Shown here piece after piece: positions 28,544-38,100 of a DNA stretch of 64,000 nucleotides (the stretch's first letter is position 1; every line of letters begins with the position of its first letter). A program made the translations under genes and the position numbers. The notes beneath the pieces were generated by a model. It saw only the letters and a program-made list of their open reading frames with translations. It was not told the DNA's origin and did no database searches. Location of the stretch: the IMG/VR virus record IMGVR_UViG_3300037225_000351, positions 4,123 to 68,122 of that record. One strand, 5' to 3'. The DNA is from a virus.

Positions 28544-28710
28544 GTACTATTTTGATTTATTTTTAGGAGAATCATCTTTAATAAACTTAAATGTAGATAA
28601 CTTAGCTCCACAGAAAGGACACTTAGCAGAATTTCGAGCATAATTATAGAGAGATCTAAAATTATATATCGATGAGTCTTGCCTTTACATTCCCAAAAAT
28701 TTTTCATAGA

Positions 28711-30279
28711 TCAATATAATGCTGTGTTAATTGACTTGAAGAAGATATTGAGAATTTTAGATTTACATAAAGATTCAACATCAGGAAATATTGAACAAGC
28801 CATTCTTTGAATAAATGGATGTGTAATATATCTTTGTTCATCTGAAATAACTATAACTTGCTTCTTCATTTCATAGGCTATTCCTGTTTCTAAGATGGTA
28901 TTTCCACACCATATAGCCTTTCCATTTCTTCTAACATATAAAGAATGATTAGGAACTTCACAACAATAAACTTTTTCATGATATTCAACTGTATTTCTAT
29001 TAGATCGTAAAATTTTATAAAAATGTGTTCGAGAAACATTTACATCATAATGATATCTGTCGCTTTTAATTAATCTGTTTTCTCTTTTAAGAATATTTCC
29101 TTCTCTTTTTCTTTTTCTTATATTACAAGTAAAACCCAATTTCAAAACAATCTCTTGAACATCGTCCATTAATTTTTTAGAACTAGAATAATATGAAACA
29201 AACTTATTATTATGTATGCAACCGTCTCCTAATACCATACTATTAAATAAAATATTTAATTGTCTTTTTGATACTTGCTTATACTCTTTTGGAATAAATT
29301 TATTATAACTATATTTTCCAAATGTTTTATCTAAATATAATGCAATTTGTTTATCAGAAATTACAAACGACCCACCATTATAATATCCATGACATCCTAT
29401 TTTTTCAATTGCCTCTTTAATTTTTATTAAATTGTCTTGTTTGGTTTGTGAAATGAAGATTCTGTATTCTTCATAATCATAACCGTGTTTGTTTGTAGAT
29501 GATTTTGATACGCACCCTTCTGATATATACCAACCCAAAAAGTTTAACCAATCGTCCATTAATATTTTTCTTTCGGAAACTATAAGATTTTTCTCAATAC
29601 ACGAACAATAAGAAGGAATAGTAATGTACTTTGTTTCTTGCCCTTCCCAATTAGAGCTTTTAGGAACATAGATTTTTTTGGGTATAGAATCTGCTCTAAT
29701 AAATTTTCTTTTTTCTAAAAATTTATCCATACACACAATATTATGATTTGGGGTTATCATTAAATCGATTTTTTGTGATTTAAAATTATACATATAGCCA
29801 TAAGAATTTTCACACTCATAAAATTTTGTGGGGTGTTGTAACTCAATCTGATTTGAATCCGATAATGTAAACACTTTTAAATTGTTATCTGCTTTTTGAA
29901 CAAAGTCTTTAATATTCACCCAACCATTTTCTGTCAAAATATCAGTGTCGTTTGAATAGCAACCAATCGGGGGTCTTTTATTTTCATTTGTCTTATTAAA
30001 TGTATTGAAATTGCTAATAATAATATCACAGTTTTTAATAGACAAGTAATCTTTATTAAATATCAAAGCATCACATAAACGAACCTCTGGGGATTCTCCT
30101 ATGAGAGGGTCAAAGAATTCAATACCATAATCTAATATTGTTCCTGATTGTGTATGATAATTCTGATAATAATCTCTAATAAATTTACGCCATTCCATAC
30201 ATTCAGGGATTAGTTCTTTACCATGATTCTGAAATTCAATATAACCTGCGAGATATACTTTTAAAAAATTATTCTGCAC
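28711..30279 (-). CDS. Nucleoside 2-deoxyribosyltransferase / nucleotide N-hydrolase family protein, intein-containing
   Basis: KVYLAG, FDP and DxxxIxxCD; the spliced product reads PIG-TILETGIA (GTxxE catalytic Glu). GTG start after AAGGAG. Confidence 0.78.
   Translation of the reverse strand: MQNNFLKVYLAGYIEFQNHGKELIPECMEWRKFIRDYYQNYHTQSGTILDYGIEFFDPLIGESPEVRLCDALIFNKDYLSIKNCDIIISNFNTFNKTNENKRPPIGCYSNDTDILTENGWVNIKDFVQKADNNLKVFTLSDSNQIELQHPTKFYECENSYGYMYNFKSQKIDLMITPNHNIVCMDKFLEKRKFIRADSIPKKIYVPKSSNWEGQETKYITIPSYCSCIEKNLIVSERKILMDDWLNFLGWYISEGCVSKSSTNKHGYDYEEYRIFISQTKQDNLIKIKEAIEKIGCHGYYNGGSFVISDKQIALYLDKTFGKYSYNKFIPKEYKQVSKRQLNILFNSMVLGDGCIHNNKFVSYYSSSKKLMDDVQEIVLKLGFTCNIRKRKREGNILKRENRLIKSDRYHYDVNVSRTHFYKILRSNRNTVEYHEKVYCCEVPNHSLYVRRNGKAIWCGNTILETGIAYEMKKQVIVISDEQRYITHPFIQRMACSIFPDVESLCKSKILNIFFKSINTALY
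28900..29961 (-). mobile_element. Intein (354 aa) with LAGLIDADG endonuclease in the NDT-family gene
   Basis: G|CYSNDT ... TPNH ... VRRNGKAIWCGN|T, with LGWYISEG and VLGDG blocks. Confidence 0.9.
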
Positions 30280-30440
30280 TCTTATTCTCCTTTGCACTAA
30301 TAGATTCTAAAAGTTCTTTCCTAAATTTACTTCTCAAAGATCTTGGAGTTTTATTCCATGTCCTCTTAAATTTTTTCTTAAAGTTCTTTGATTCACTTAG
30401 ACATGCCTTCTTGATAATCTTAGCTACTTTTCCTCTCATA

Positions 30441-30635
30441 TTAATTATCTCCCTTTACTTTAAATTCGCCACAGTAATCATCATCGTCAACATCTTTAAA
30501 CATATAAAACTGAAATTTCTTGTCTGTAATTAATTGGTCTGGTGGATAACGATGGCAAGATCCGCAGGTTACTACTTCTTTAGGATCATCTTTCGCCCAC
30601 AATTCAAACCACTTACAGTTCTTACAGATATTCAT
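30441..30635 (-). CDS. Small Cys-rich protein
   Basis: CxxCxW...CHRYPP...CGEF pattern. Confidence 0.55.
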   Translation of the reverse strand: MNICKNCKWFELWAKDDPKEVVTCGSCHRYPPDQLITDKKFQFYMFKDVDDDDYCGEFKVKGDN

Positions 30636-30639
30636 ATAA

Positions 30640-31788
30640 TTATTTTCCTTTCTTTTTAGTTGTAGGTTTTTCTTCTTCTATTTTATCTTCAATTATTTTT
30701 TCTTCCTTAATAAACATTTCTTCAATATCAGTTTTAGAAATATCAAGATCATTATTAAACTTATATTTCTTTTCAATGTACTTAATAAAATCTGATTTCT
30801 GAAATATAGGAGTCCAAAATTCTTTATTATAAATTTCTTCTTCATCTACAGGTTTATCATTCTTTATACAATCACGATATACTTTACCTTTATCTTTAAG
30901 AACAAATCCTCCTTCGAGTGCATCTGGGAGGAGGCCGAAAAAACTATTTAATCCTTTCTTAGTAATCTGAACATCTAAGGCAGATCCTTCTTGACAATAT
31001 CGAGATTTATTTGTGTGGCCAGTTACTATAAACGAAAGTATCTCTTTTGTTTTTTCATCCTTTACTTTTGCTCTTTCAGAAAACATAATACAAGAATCTG
31101 AAAGAAAGAAGATTTTAGAAGCTCCTCCCACATTTAATCTCTCACCAAAGCCAGATGTATTACTGTAACTTTGGGTTACGATAAGTCGAGTTGTTCCAGA
31201 AGCATTAAGAATGGATGCCAGTCTATTCCTTTGACGAGGCTCAGACATGTCAACAGTAAGAGTTTTCCCATCAATCGCTTTTATTGTAGCAGTAGTAGAA
31301 ATAAGAGCAGTAAAAGAATCAATAACAAGAAATATTTTTTTACGTTCTGCTTTAGTCTTACCCTCTACTAATTTAACTACAATAGTCTCACATGACTCAA
31401 TAGAATCAGTTTCGAGTACGTTAAAGACTTTTGGATCTGTATTTATTCCAAAGGCTCTTGCTGTCTCGAAATTAAACGCGCCTCTACTTTCTGTATTGAT
31501 ATAAACAACTTCCAGTCCTTTCTTTTGTGCATCTTTACAATGAGCTAAACACATAAGAGACTTGCCGAAACGACTTGGACTTGACATCTGAAGTTGCCCA
31601 CCCATAATTATTGATTTATTTACTGTGCCGGTCGCTAGTATGTTGAATGGGATAATACCGCTAGACAAAAACATATCTTTATCTCTAACATCATCTTCCT
31701 CTATTCTTAGAAAATCACTCAAAGGAAGATTAAGAGTTCCTGCTTTTTCTGATCCTTTATCTTTCATTATAATATCTCTGATGCTCAT
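30640..31788 (-). CDS. uvsX: RecA-like recombinase UvsX
   Basis: Walker A PSRFGKS, INTE, VIDS, GGASK and KSRY; divergent. Confidence 0.85.
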   Translation of the reverse strand: MSIRDIIMKDKGSEKAGTLNLPLSDFLRIEEDDVRDKDMFLSSGIIPFNILATGTVNKSIIMGGQLQMSSPSRFGKSLMCLAHCKDAQKKGLEVVYINTESRGAFNFETARAFGINTDPKVFNVLETDSIESCETIVVKLVEGKTKAERKKIFLVIDSFTALISTTATIKAIDGKTLTVDMSEPRQRNRLASILNASGTTRLIVTQSYSNTSGFGERLNVGGASKIFFLSDSCIMFSERAKVKDEKTKEILSFIVTGHTNKSRYCQEGSALDVQITKKGLNSFFGLLPDALEGGFVLKDKGKVYRDCIKNDKPVDEEEIYNKEFWTPIFQKSDFIKYIEKKYKFNNDLDISKTDIEEMFIKEEKIIEDKIEEEKPTTKKKGK

Positions 31789-32049
31789 ATGTATTAAGAC
31801 CTTTCTGGTTGTTTCTGATATTCTTCTTTTATTGTTAGATATACCTTTGATGGTTCTTCAATTCTTATAAGTTTAAAATGATCCATAATAAGTTTTTGAT
31901 TTTCTTTTATTTCTTTTATCAGATTATTAATTTTTCCTAATATTGAATAATTAGTAGGATACATATAACTACCTTCATCATATCCTATTAACTCTCTTTT
32001 AAGTTCTCGAAACTCCTTTAAAATTGGTCTTAGTTCTTTATCTCTCATT

Positions 32050-32382
32050 TTACTTTCCTTCTTTTATAAATGGAACTGAAATATCTGGCTTTTGATCTTT
32101 CATCCAATCATTCAAATCTACCCAAGTCCTGCGATCACAATGATGACCTAATGGATCTTCCTTATAAATTCCATCTTTAATTCCTCTATCAGCACTATCA
32201 ATCTCATACTCCAAGTCTCTCTTCAAACAAAATCTGCAATTATCTGAAAGTTTCTCCCATTGTCTTTTAATATATTCTGCTACAAGACTAACTGCATAAC
32301 TCCTACGTCCAATTGCATATCTCATAGCAGCAATCACAATAAACTCAAAGTCAACATCTACATTTACTGTCTTTGATTTCAT
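32050..32382 (-). CDS. Hypothetical protein
   Basis: AMRYAIGRRSY...LGxxCD...W pattern. Confidence 0.6.
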   Translation of the reverse strand: MKSKTVNVDVDFEFIVIAAMRYAIGRRSYAVSLVAEYIKRQWEKLSDNCRFCLKRDLEYEIDSADRGIKDGIYKEDPLGHHCDRRTWVDLNDWMKDQKPDISVPFIKEGK

Positions 32383-32520
32383 TTTATATCCTTGGATTTC
32401 TTTAATGGTTTTTTCTGAAATAATTCAAATTGCTCCAATAAAGTATTAATCTTATCTAAACAATCCTTATAGTCAATTGCATCCTTCTTACATTTCTTTA
32501 CTATTTTTTTCTTCATTTAT

Positions 32521-32748
32521 TTACTCCAAGGAAATATTGTGATCCGAGATAATCTGATAAACTTCTTCTCTGATTTTTTCTATTGCTTCTTCTATGCTCT
32601 TAAAGGGATGATCATATTTCTCATATTTTCTAAGCAATTCATTAATCTCAGAAATAACAGCACTCATTTCATTGGCTTGTGTTGCGATCTTAAATTCTTC
32701 TCTTTCCTCATAAGAATCAAATTCCTGAGTATATATGATTTTTGGCAT
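32521..32748 (-). CDS. Hypothetical protein
   Basis: Packed ORF with an AAGGAG RBS. Confidence 0.55.
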   Translation of the reverse strand: MPKIIYTQEFDSYEEREEFKIATQANEMSAVISEINELLRKYEKYDHPFKSIEEAIEKIREEVYQIISDHNISLE

Positions 32749-32749
32749 A

Positions 32750-34066
32750 TTAGTAAAGCTCCTTATTATATCTTGCTGGTTTCTTTTCCGTTTCTCTCCA
32801 ATTTTTATCTCTAAGAACTATAGGCATACTCCAAGATTTTCCATGAGTAGGATGAACACCAAAGAGAAGCTGAGAAGGCTCGTTATACATTGAAAGATCA
32901 TGGTAAGCGTATTCATCTGTTGCAGGAAATGCTCCATTAATAATCAATTCTCCTGCTGGTTGTTTCATAGAACTCTGCGAATGAAAATGGCCACATATCT
33001 GATAATGAGGAACCATACCATCAATAGCTCCAAGTGCTGCAAGTCTATAAGATCTCCTCTGCAAAGCATAAAAGGGAAGTCCGAGACTATTAGATGTTCT
33101 TGTATCTCCATGACTCAAATTAAAATTAAAATTATAAATCTTAATCATCGCAGACCAACTATCAGGTATAGCAAATTCAACTCTTCCAGTATCAATCAAA
33201 GCCTGACATTTTGTTTTTGCATATGTATTAACCAAGAAGTCAAAATTGAGCAACGAACCCCGAAAGTCCTTCTTATGAATATCTAATCTAGGATGATTTC
33301 CACTTATTCCGATGTATACAATCTTTTTGAAATAACCAGATAAATCCATAATCATTTTAGCAATCACAGAACCACAAGCAAGACTATTCTTAAATACATT
33401 CTGAGTCTCTGTATGTTGTTGGGCGTTATGAATTAGTCCTGCAATATTATCTCCCAATGAAAATATATACAATGTCTCAAATGAATAACCTTGAAGATTT
33501 TGTGTGAGATGTTTAATGGTAGTTTCTACAAGGTTCTCTGCTCTATGACAAAATGCATTGAAATTATAGTCTTCAAGATTGTTTACTCGCTCTGCTTTAA
33601 TTAACTGATCACTATGCAAATCTGAGAGAACAAGGCAAGCACTTTCTATAATCTTTCCTTTTGATTCTGATAATTTTAATTCTGGTATGTAATTATAAGG
33701 AGGAACATTATTGATGACTTCTACAATTTCTTTAAAAAGACTGCTACTCCTGATAGAATCCTTTAATTGATTCTTAAGATTTGTATTTTCGTCTGATAGT
33801 CTAAGAATCTTTTCATCTGTTGTTAATCCTACTATATTGATTTTATTATCCTTAGATACATTAGATGTCATTTTAGTTTTATCAATAATCCATCCTTTGT
33901 ATTCCTTTTTATCTCTGCAAGCTTTTCTCATATTATCATAGGTGAGCTTTTGAGAATCATCTTTCTGTTCTGCATTATATTTTTTGCAGAATTCTTGGAG
34001 ACTTACTACGTTTTCCCATGACTCACCATACGGATCAAAAATATTATAGACAAAATCATTACTCAT
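32750..34066 (-). CDS. Calcineurin-like metallophosphoesterase with N-terminal DNA-binding-like and coiled-coil regions
   Basis: SDLH, LGD, GNH, SHGD and GHFH motifs. Confidence 0.85.
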   Translation of the reverse strand: MSNDFVYNIFDPYGESWENVVSLQEFCKKYNAEQKDDSQKLTYDNMRKACRDKKEYKGWIIDKTKMTSNVSKDNKINIVGLTTDEKILRLSDENTNLKNQLKDSIRSSSLFKEIVEVINNVPPYNYIPELKLSESKGKIIESACLVLSDLHSDQLIKAERVNNLEDYNFNAFCHRAENLVETTIKHLTQNLQGYSFETLYIFSLGDNIAGLIHNAQQHTETQNVFKNSLACGSVIAKMIMDLSGYFKKIVYIGISGNHPRLDIHKKDFRGSLLNFDFLVNTYAKTKCQALIDTGRVEFAIPDSWSAMIKIYNFNFNLSHGDTRTSNSLGLPFYALQRRSYRLAALGAIDGMVPHYQICGHFHSQSSMKQPAGELIINGAFPATDEYAYHDLSMYNEPSQLLFGVHPTHGKSWSMPIVLRDKNWRETEKKPARYNKELY

Positions 34067-34095
34067 ATATTTCCTTTCGAGAAAGTTGATAATTA

Positions 34096-34124
34096 AGTAT
34101 AATGTTTATTTCTTTGATTGTCAA
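34096..34124 (-). promoter_or_regulatory. Early promoter, copy 6
   Basis: TTGACA-N17-TATACT. Confidence 0.85.
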
Positions 34125-35179
34125 GTAGTTTCTTTAAAATAATCTTCAAGACTGCAAGAATCTTCTATAGGATTATGTATAACCCTTGGAGCTTCTATTA
34201 TATCTTTCATTTTCTCACCTGCCATTATAGCAAGTCCTAATTGTTCTACTATTTGAGGAACTACTGCATTTCCAAGTGCTTTTAGTCTTTTAGCTCTGTC
34301 CATCCTTGGGGGAAACCCATCAGATACTCGACAAAGTTCGGCTGCAACTTCAGGCCAAGGTCTGTTCCAATTAGTACACATGGAAGATCCCGTTGATGAT
34401 CCTTTATTTGTTTCAATGCTTGTTCTTGTGTTAGATTCATATTCTTGTAATCTCTGGCCGATGGGGTTGGAAGTCTCTTTATCGCATCCTTCAAATCCGC
34501 TCTGTATGATCCTGGAAGATTTGGATTCCTGTTTCCATCCTTCTTCAATCTTGGTATTCTCCCTTGTCCCATACTGTCTATTGCTTGTGGAGTCGGAAGC
34601 ATTGCTATTCTGGATGTTAGACTCGATGGTCCACATCTCCCCGGAGCTGTCCTTTCCAATATATGTGCTTTGCTGTTCAGAATTTCTAATGCTCTTGGAG
34701 TGGGCAATAATCCAGATTCTGTCTCTTCTATGTGGGGCGTTGAGGCCGCAAGCTGGAATAATGAATGGTTGAAGTTCGTATCCAATTTCTTCCAATTCAG
34801 AAAGCAACTTGTCGAAAACCAATCCGTGTTCAAGAGTAAGTAAGCCACGGACGTTCTCAAACAAACACCATGTGGGCTTGACATTTCGTACAATTCTAAA
34901 AGTTTCTCCCCAGAGCCAACGGTCATCTCCTGTGCCTTTTCGCTTCCCGGCTTGACTTGCTGGCTGACAGGGAGGGCTTGCCCAGATGACATCAATTCTT
35001 CCAAACTCATCTCCTTTGACTCCATATATATCTCCCATTCTCTTTACTTTAGGCCAATGTTTCTCTAAAACTTTTTGGCAGAATTTATCGATTTCAACTT
35101 GCCCTCCACATTTTAGGCCCGCCATTTCCAACCCGTAATCTGCTCCACCAATACCAGAAAATAAACTTAGAAATCTCAT
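34121..35179 (-). CDS. dcm: DNA (cytosine-5) methyltransferase, large polypeptide
   Basis: Motifs I LFSGIGG, IV PPCQ, VI ENV, VIII HRRDRIW and X LGNAVV; motif IX is absent from this frame. Confidence 0.9.
   Translation of the reverse strand: MRFLSLFSGIGGADYGLEMAGLKCGGQVEIDKFCQKVLEKHWPKVKRMGDIYGVKGDEFGRIDVIWASPPCQPASQAGKRKGTGDDRWLWGETFRIVRNVKPTWCLFENVRGLLTLEHGLVFDKLLSELEEIGYELQPFIIPACGLNAPHRRDRIWIIAHSKSIRNSEQQSTYIGKDSSGEMWTIESNIQNSNASDSTSNRQYGTRENTKIEEGWKQESKSSRIIQSGFEGCDKETSNPIGQRLQEYESNTRTSIETNKGSSTGSSMCTNWNRPWPEVAAELCRVSDGFPPRMDRAKRLKALGNAVVPQIVEQLGLAIMAGEKMKDIIEAPRVIHNPIEDSCSLEDYFKETT
34282..35025 (-). CDS. Nested +1-frame polypeptide carrying C5-MTase motif IX and TRD-like repeats
   Basis: 247-codon ORF inside dcm with a GGAG RBS, three LPTP repeats and LQPNFVEYLMGFPQGWT. 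Confidence 0.75.
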   Translation of the reverse strand: MESKEMSLEELMSSGQALPVSQQVKPGSEKAQEMTVGSGEKLLELYEMSSPHGVCLRTSVAYLLLNTDWFSTSCFLNWKKLDTNFNHSLFQLAASTPHIEETESGLLPTPRALEILNSKAHILERTAPGRCGPSSLTSRIAMLPTPQAIDSMGQGRIPRLKKDGNRNPNLPGSYRADLKDAIKRLPTPSARDYKNMNLTQEQALKQIKDHQRDLPCVLIGTDLGLKLQPNFVEYLMGFPQGWTELKD

Positions 35180-38100
35180 GCAAACATTTCCTCTAATGAA
35201 TTAGTTTCCAAAGTTATTTTTCCCCATCCAAGGGAATGGAAAAATCTTCCTATTACATCCTCAAATGTTATTTCCCATTGTTTTTCATAATTCACATTAA
35301 AAAGTTCATTAAATTTATCTGGCCATTTACTAATCATTGCTATTACTTCCTGGTTAATAAAATTATTATCATAAACATAAACAAACTTAATTTTCTCTCT
35401 ATCATCTATATATTTTAATGGTAGTTTATAAAAGCCAACAACATAATTATAGTTAATGCTTGCTTTGTTGCGTTGTGGTGTGCCTTTATCATAACTCAAA
35501 CCAGTATTTAAATATTCTTGTATTGATTTGGAATATTTCTGATATTCTTTTATTCCAGATGGTTTTGCTATTTCATCTGGAGAGCACTTAAAGAACTCCA
35601 ATTTAATTTTCCTAATATAATCTATAACTTTACTTTTATCCTCTGTATCAAATATCATCTTTACAACTTCTTTAATTTTTTCCCTACAGAAGCGCGGGGT
35701 ATCAGTCCTAACAATTTCTATACCTGTGATTGCTAATTTAGGAATATCAAATCTCTGACCTTTCTTTTCTATAATCTCATCGACGTATTTCTTCATCGCT
35801 ATTATAAGTTTTTTAGTAATAATCTTTTCTGCTTTGAATTTAAATATCTGCTTAATCCCATATCTCTCAGCATACAGATTAAGAATCCTATCATAGAACG
35901 GATTAAAGAGTCTATCATTTATCTTATGAGTAAACTCTAAAAATTCTTTATTATCTTTAAATTCTAATCCAATAGTGTCTAACATTTCCTGAAAGCATAT
36001 ATGTCCAGAATCAGTATCAATCAAACATACTACTTCTTTTTTTAATGGAACTACATCTTTAACTCTAACATATTCTGGAATAATTTTCTGAGCTATCAAA
36101 TGCCAATTCTCTAAGAGATATGTATTAGTCTTATTAGTTAAGTATTTTATCAGATCCCTTCCACATGCTGTTACCGTCCTTGAAATATCAATATTATAAA
36201 GACAAAAATATGGTGATCCTGTTGCGCCATATATACTTTGGCCCGCCCACATAAACTTACCATTCCGCCCAACATAAACAGTATGATTATCCTTAACTGT
36301 TAAATTATATACTTTATCCTTATAATATTCTTTTTTTATTTGATATTGTTTTATTGTAAAATCTGTTTTAATAATCCATATTCTATAACAACCACTATCA
36401 ATACTATAATGAGGCATGAATCCTAATAGTAAACATAGTTGCATATAATCATTAAATAATTTTTTATATTTTAAAGAAATATTATATCTAAATGAATTAC
36501 GTGTTTTATTTCCATCTCCTAAATACATATATTCAAATAGTAAATTATAGTCAATAACATTATCAAATTTATTATTTAAAATGTGTTTATCGTATTTTTT
36601 CCCAAAATTGTCCTTAACTATTTGATATAATAAATCGGAACATATACATTGGTTTTTTTTGTCTCTAATTTTTCCCATCTTATCATCTGTTATATTATTA
36701 AAAAGATCGTTGATTTTTTCATATATAATAGGATGGACTTTTTTTGATTGAGTTATTGTGATTTTTTTTGTTAAGCCTCTTACATTTCCATTACTATAAT
36801 TTTTTTTCACATTTTCATATAAACTACCTTCGGCTAAATATATGCCAATAAATTTAGAAAATTCTTTAATATTTATTTTTAATAACTGTAAAGAACATCT
36901 TTTATTTCTTTTGTGTCTAGCATATATTATAAAGCCAAAATCATAACAGTTTCTTATTTGTTCGTTTGAAGGAATATCTTTAATTAGAGCCATTTTTAAT
37001 CTGCACTCAGATTGGATCTGTTCAAGATTTAAAAAAACGCCTTTATTATTTAATTCTGTTCTAACTAATCTAAGATCGTGATTATTAGGATAAGATATTA
37101 AATATTCATATTCATCTTTATTATCTATATATTCATTTAAATATATAAATTCCTCTTTGTATTCTTTAATTATTTTATTATGAATTGGAAATTTTTTTCT
37201 GCCTTTAAATTCTAAAAGTTCCTTGGCTTTTATTGTTTGTATTATTCTTTTTTTAAATTTTGTTTCTAAAAGATTATGTTCTGGTGTAACTTTTAAATCT
37301 ATTTTTTTAGATTTTAAACAGACTAGCTCCCCAACATAATCATATTCATAGGTTTTTTCAACCGGCTTAATTTCTAAATTATGATTTTCTTTATTAATAG
37401 AATAGACTAAATCTCCTACCTTGACATCTTTAATAAATTTTTCACCATCTACAGTCATTATTTTTGTATCTTTATGGAAACAATTCATATAAATTTTCTT
37501 TACATATTGATTCCGATCATAATACTTTGCAGTTCCTTTTTCTTCTTCTATTTGTGCTTTAAGATAAGGAATCTGTGCTAACTCTATTTTATACCTCTTA
37601 GAAATTTCTTTATCATCTAATCCTTCATCTACTCCAATGCAAACATTATACTTAGTAACATTCTCTACACGTCTATCAAATATATTTTTTATGATCTCTG
37701 GTAGTATTCCTAATTGTTTCTTATAGTAAATTCCTTCAATTGGTGTTTTAATAAGATCTGAATTATCTAATGGATCGTGTACTAATGTCTCCGGGGAAAG
37801 GTTAAAAGCCATCTGGACGTGGGGGTACATCGAAACAATATCAAAGTTCTCACACCATTTGTAATAACCTTCCATTGCCATCACATGAGCACCTTCAAAA
37901 TCTCTATGACCTTCTGATTTCTGTCTGTCTGGAATTACTATATTTTTTCTGTGACAATATTTGAGAACTTGTCCTGTAATTAAATTGACGGAACTAAAAA
38001 TCTTTTCAAGAGGGATCAAAGAATCGTGGCACATACTAATAGCAAGCTCAAATAATCTAAGCTTATCATCGAGTTTCTTTACGAGTAGAACATCTTGGAT

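Noticed and set aside
34380-34772. Third, antisense ORF over the double-coded MTase region
   Set aside because: No motif or RBS; the locally higher GC content lowers stop-codon frequency.
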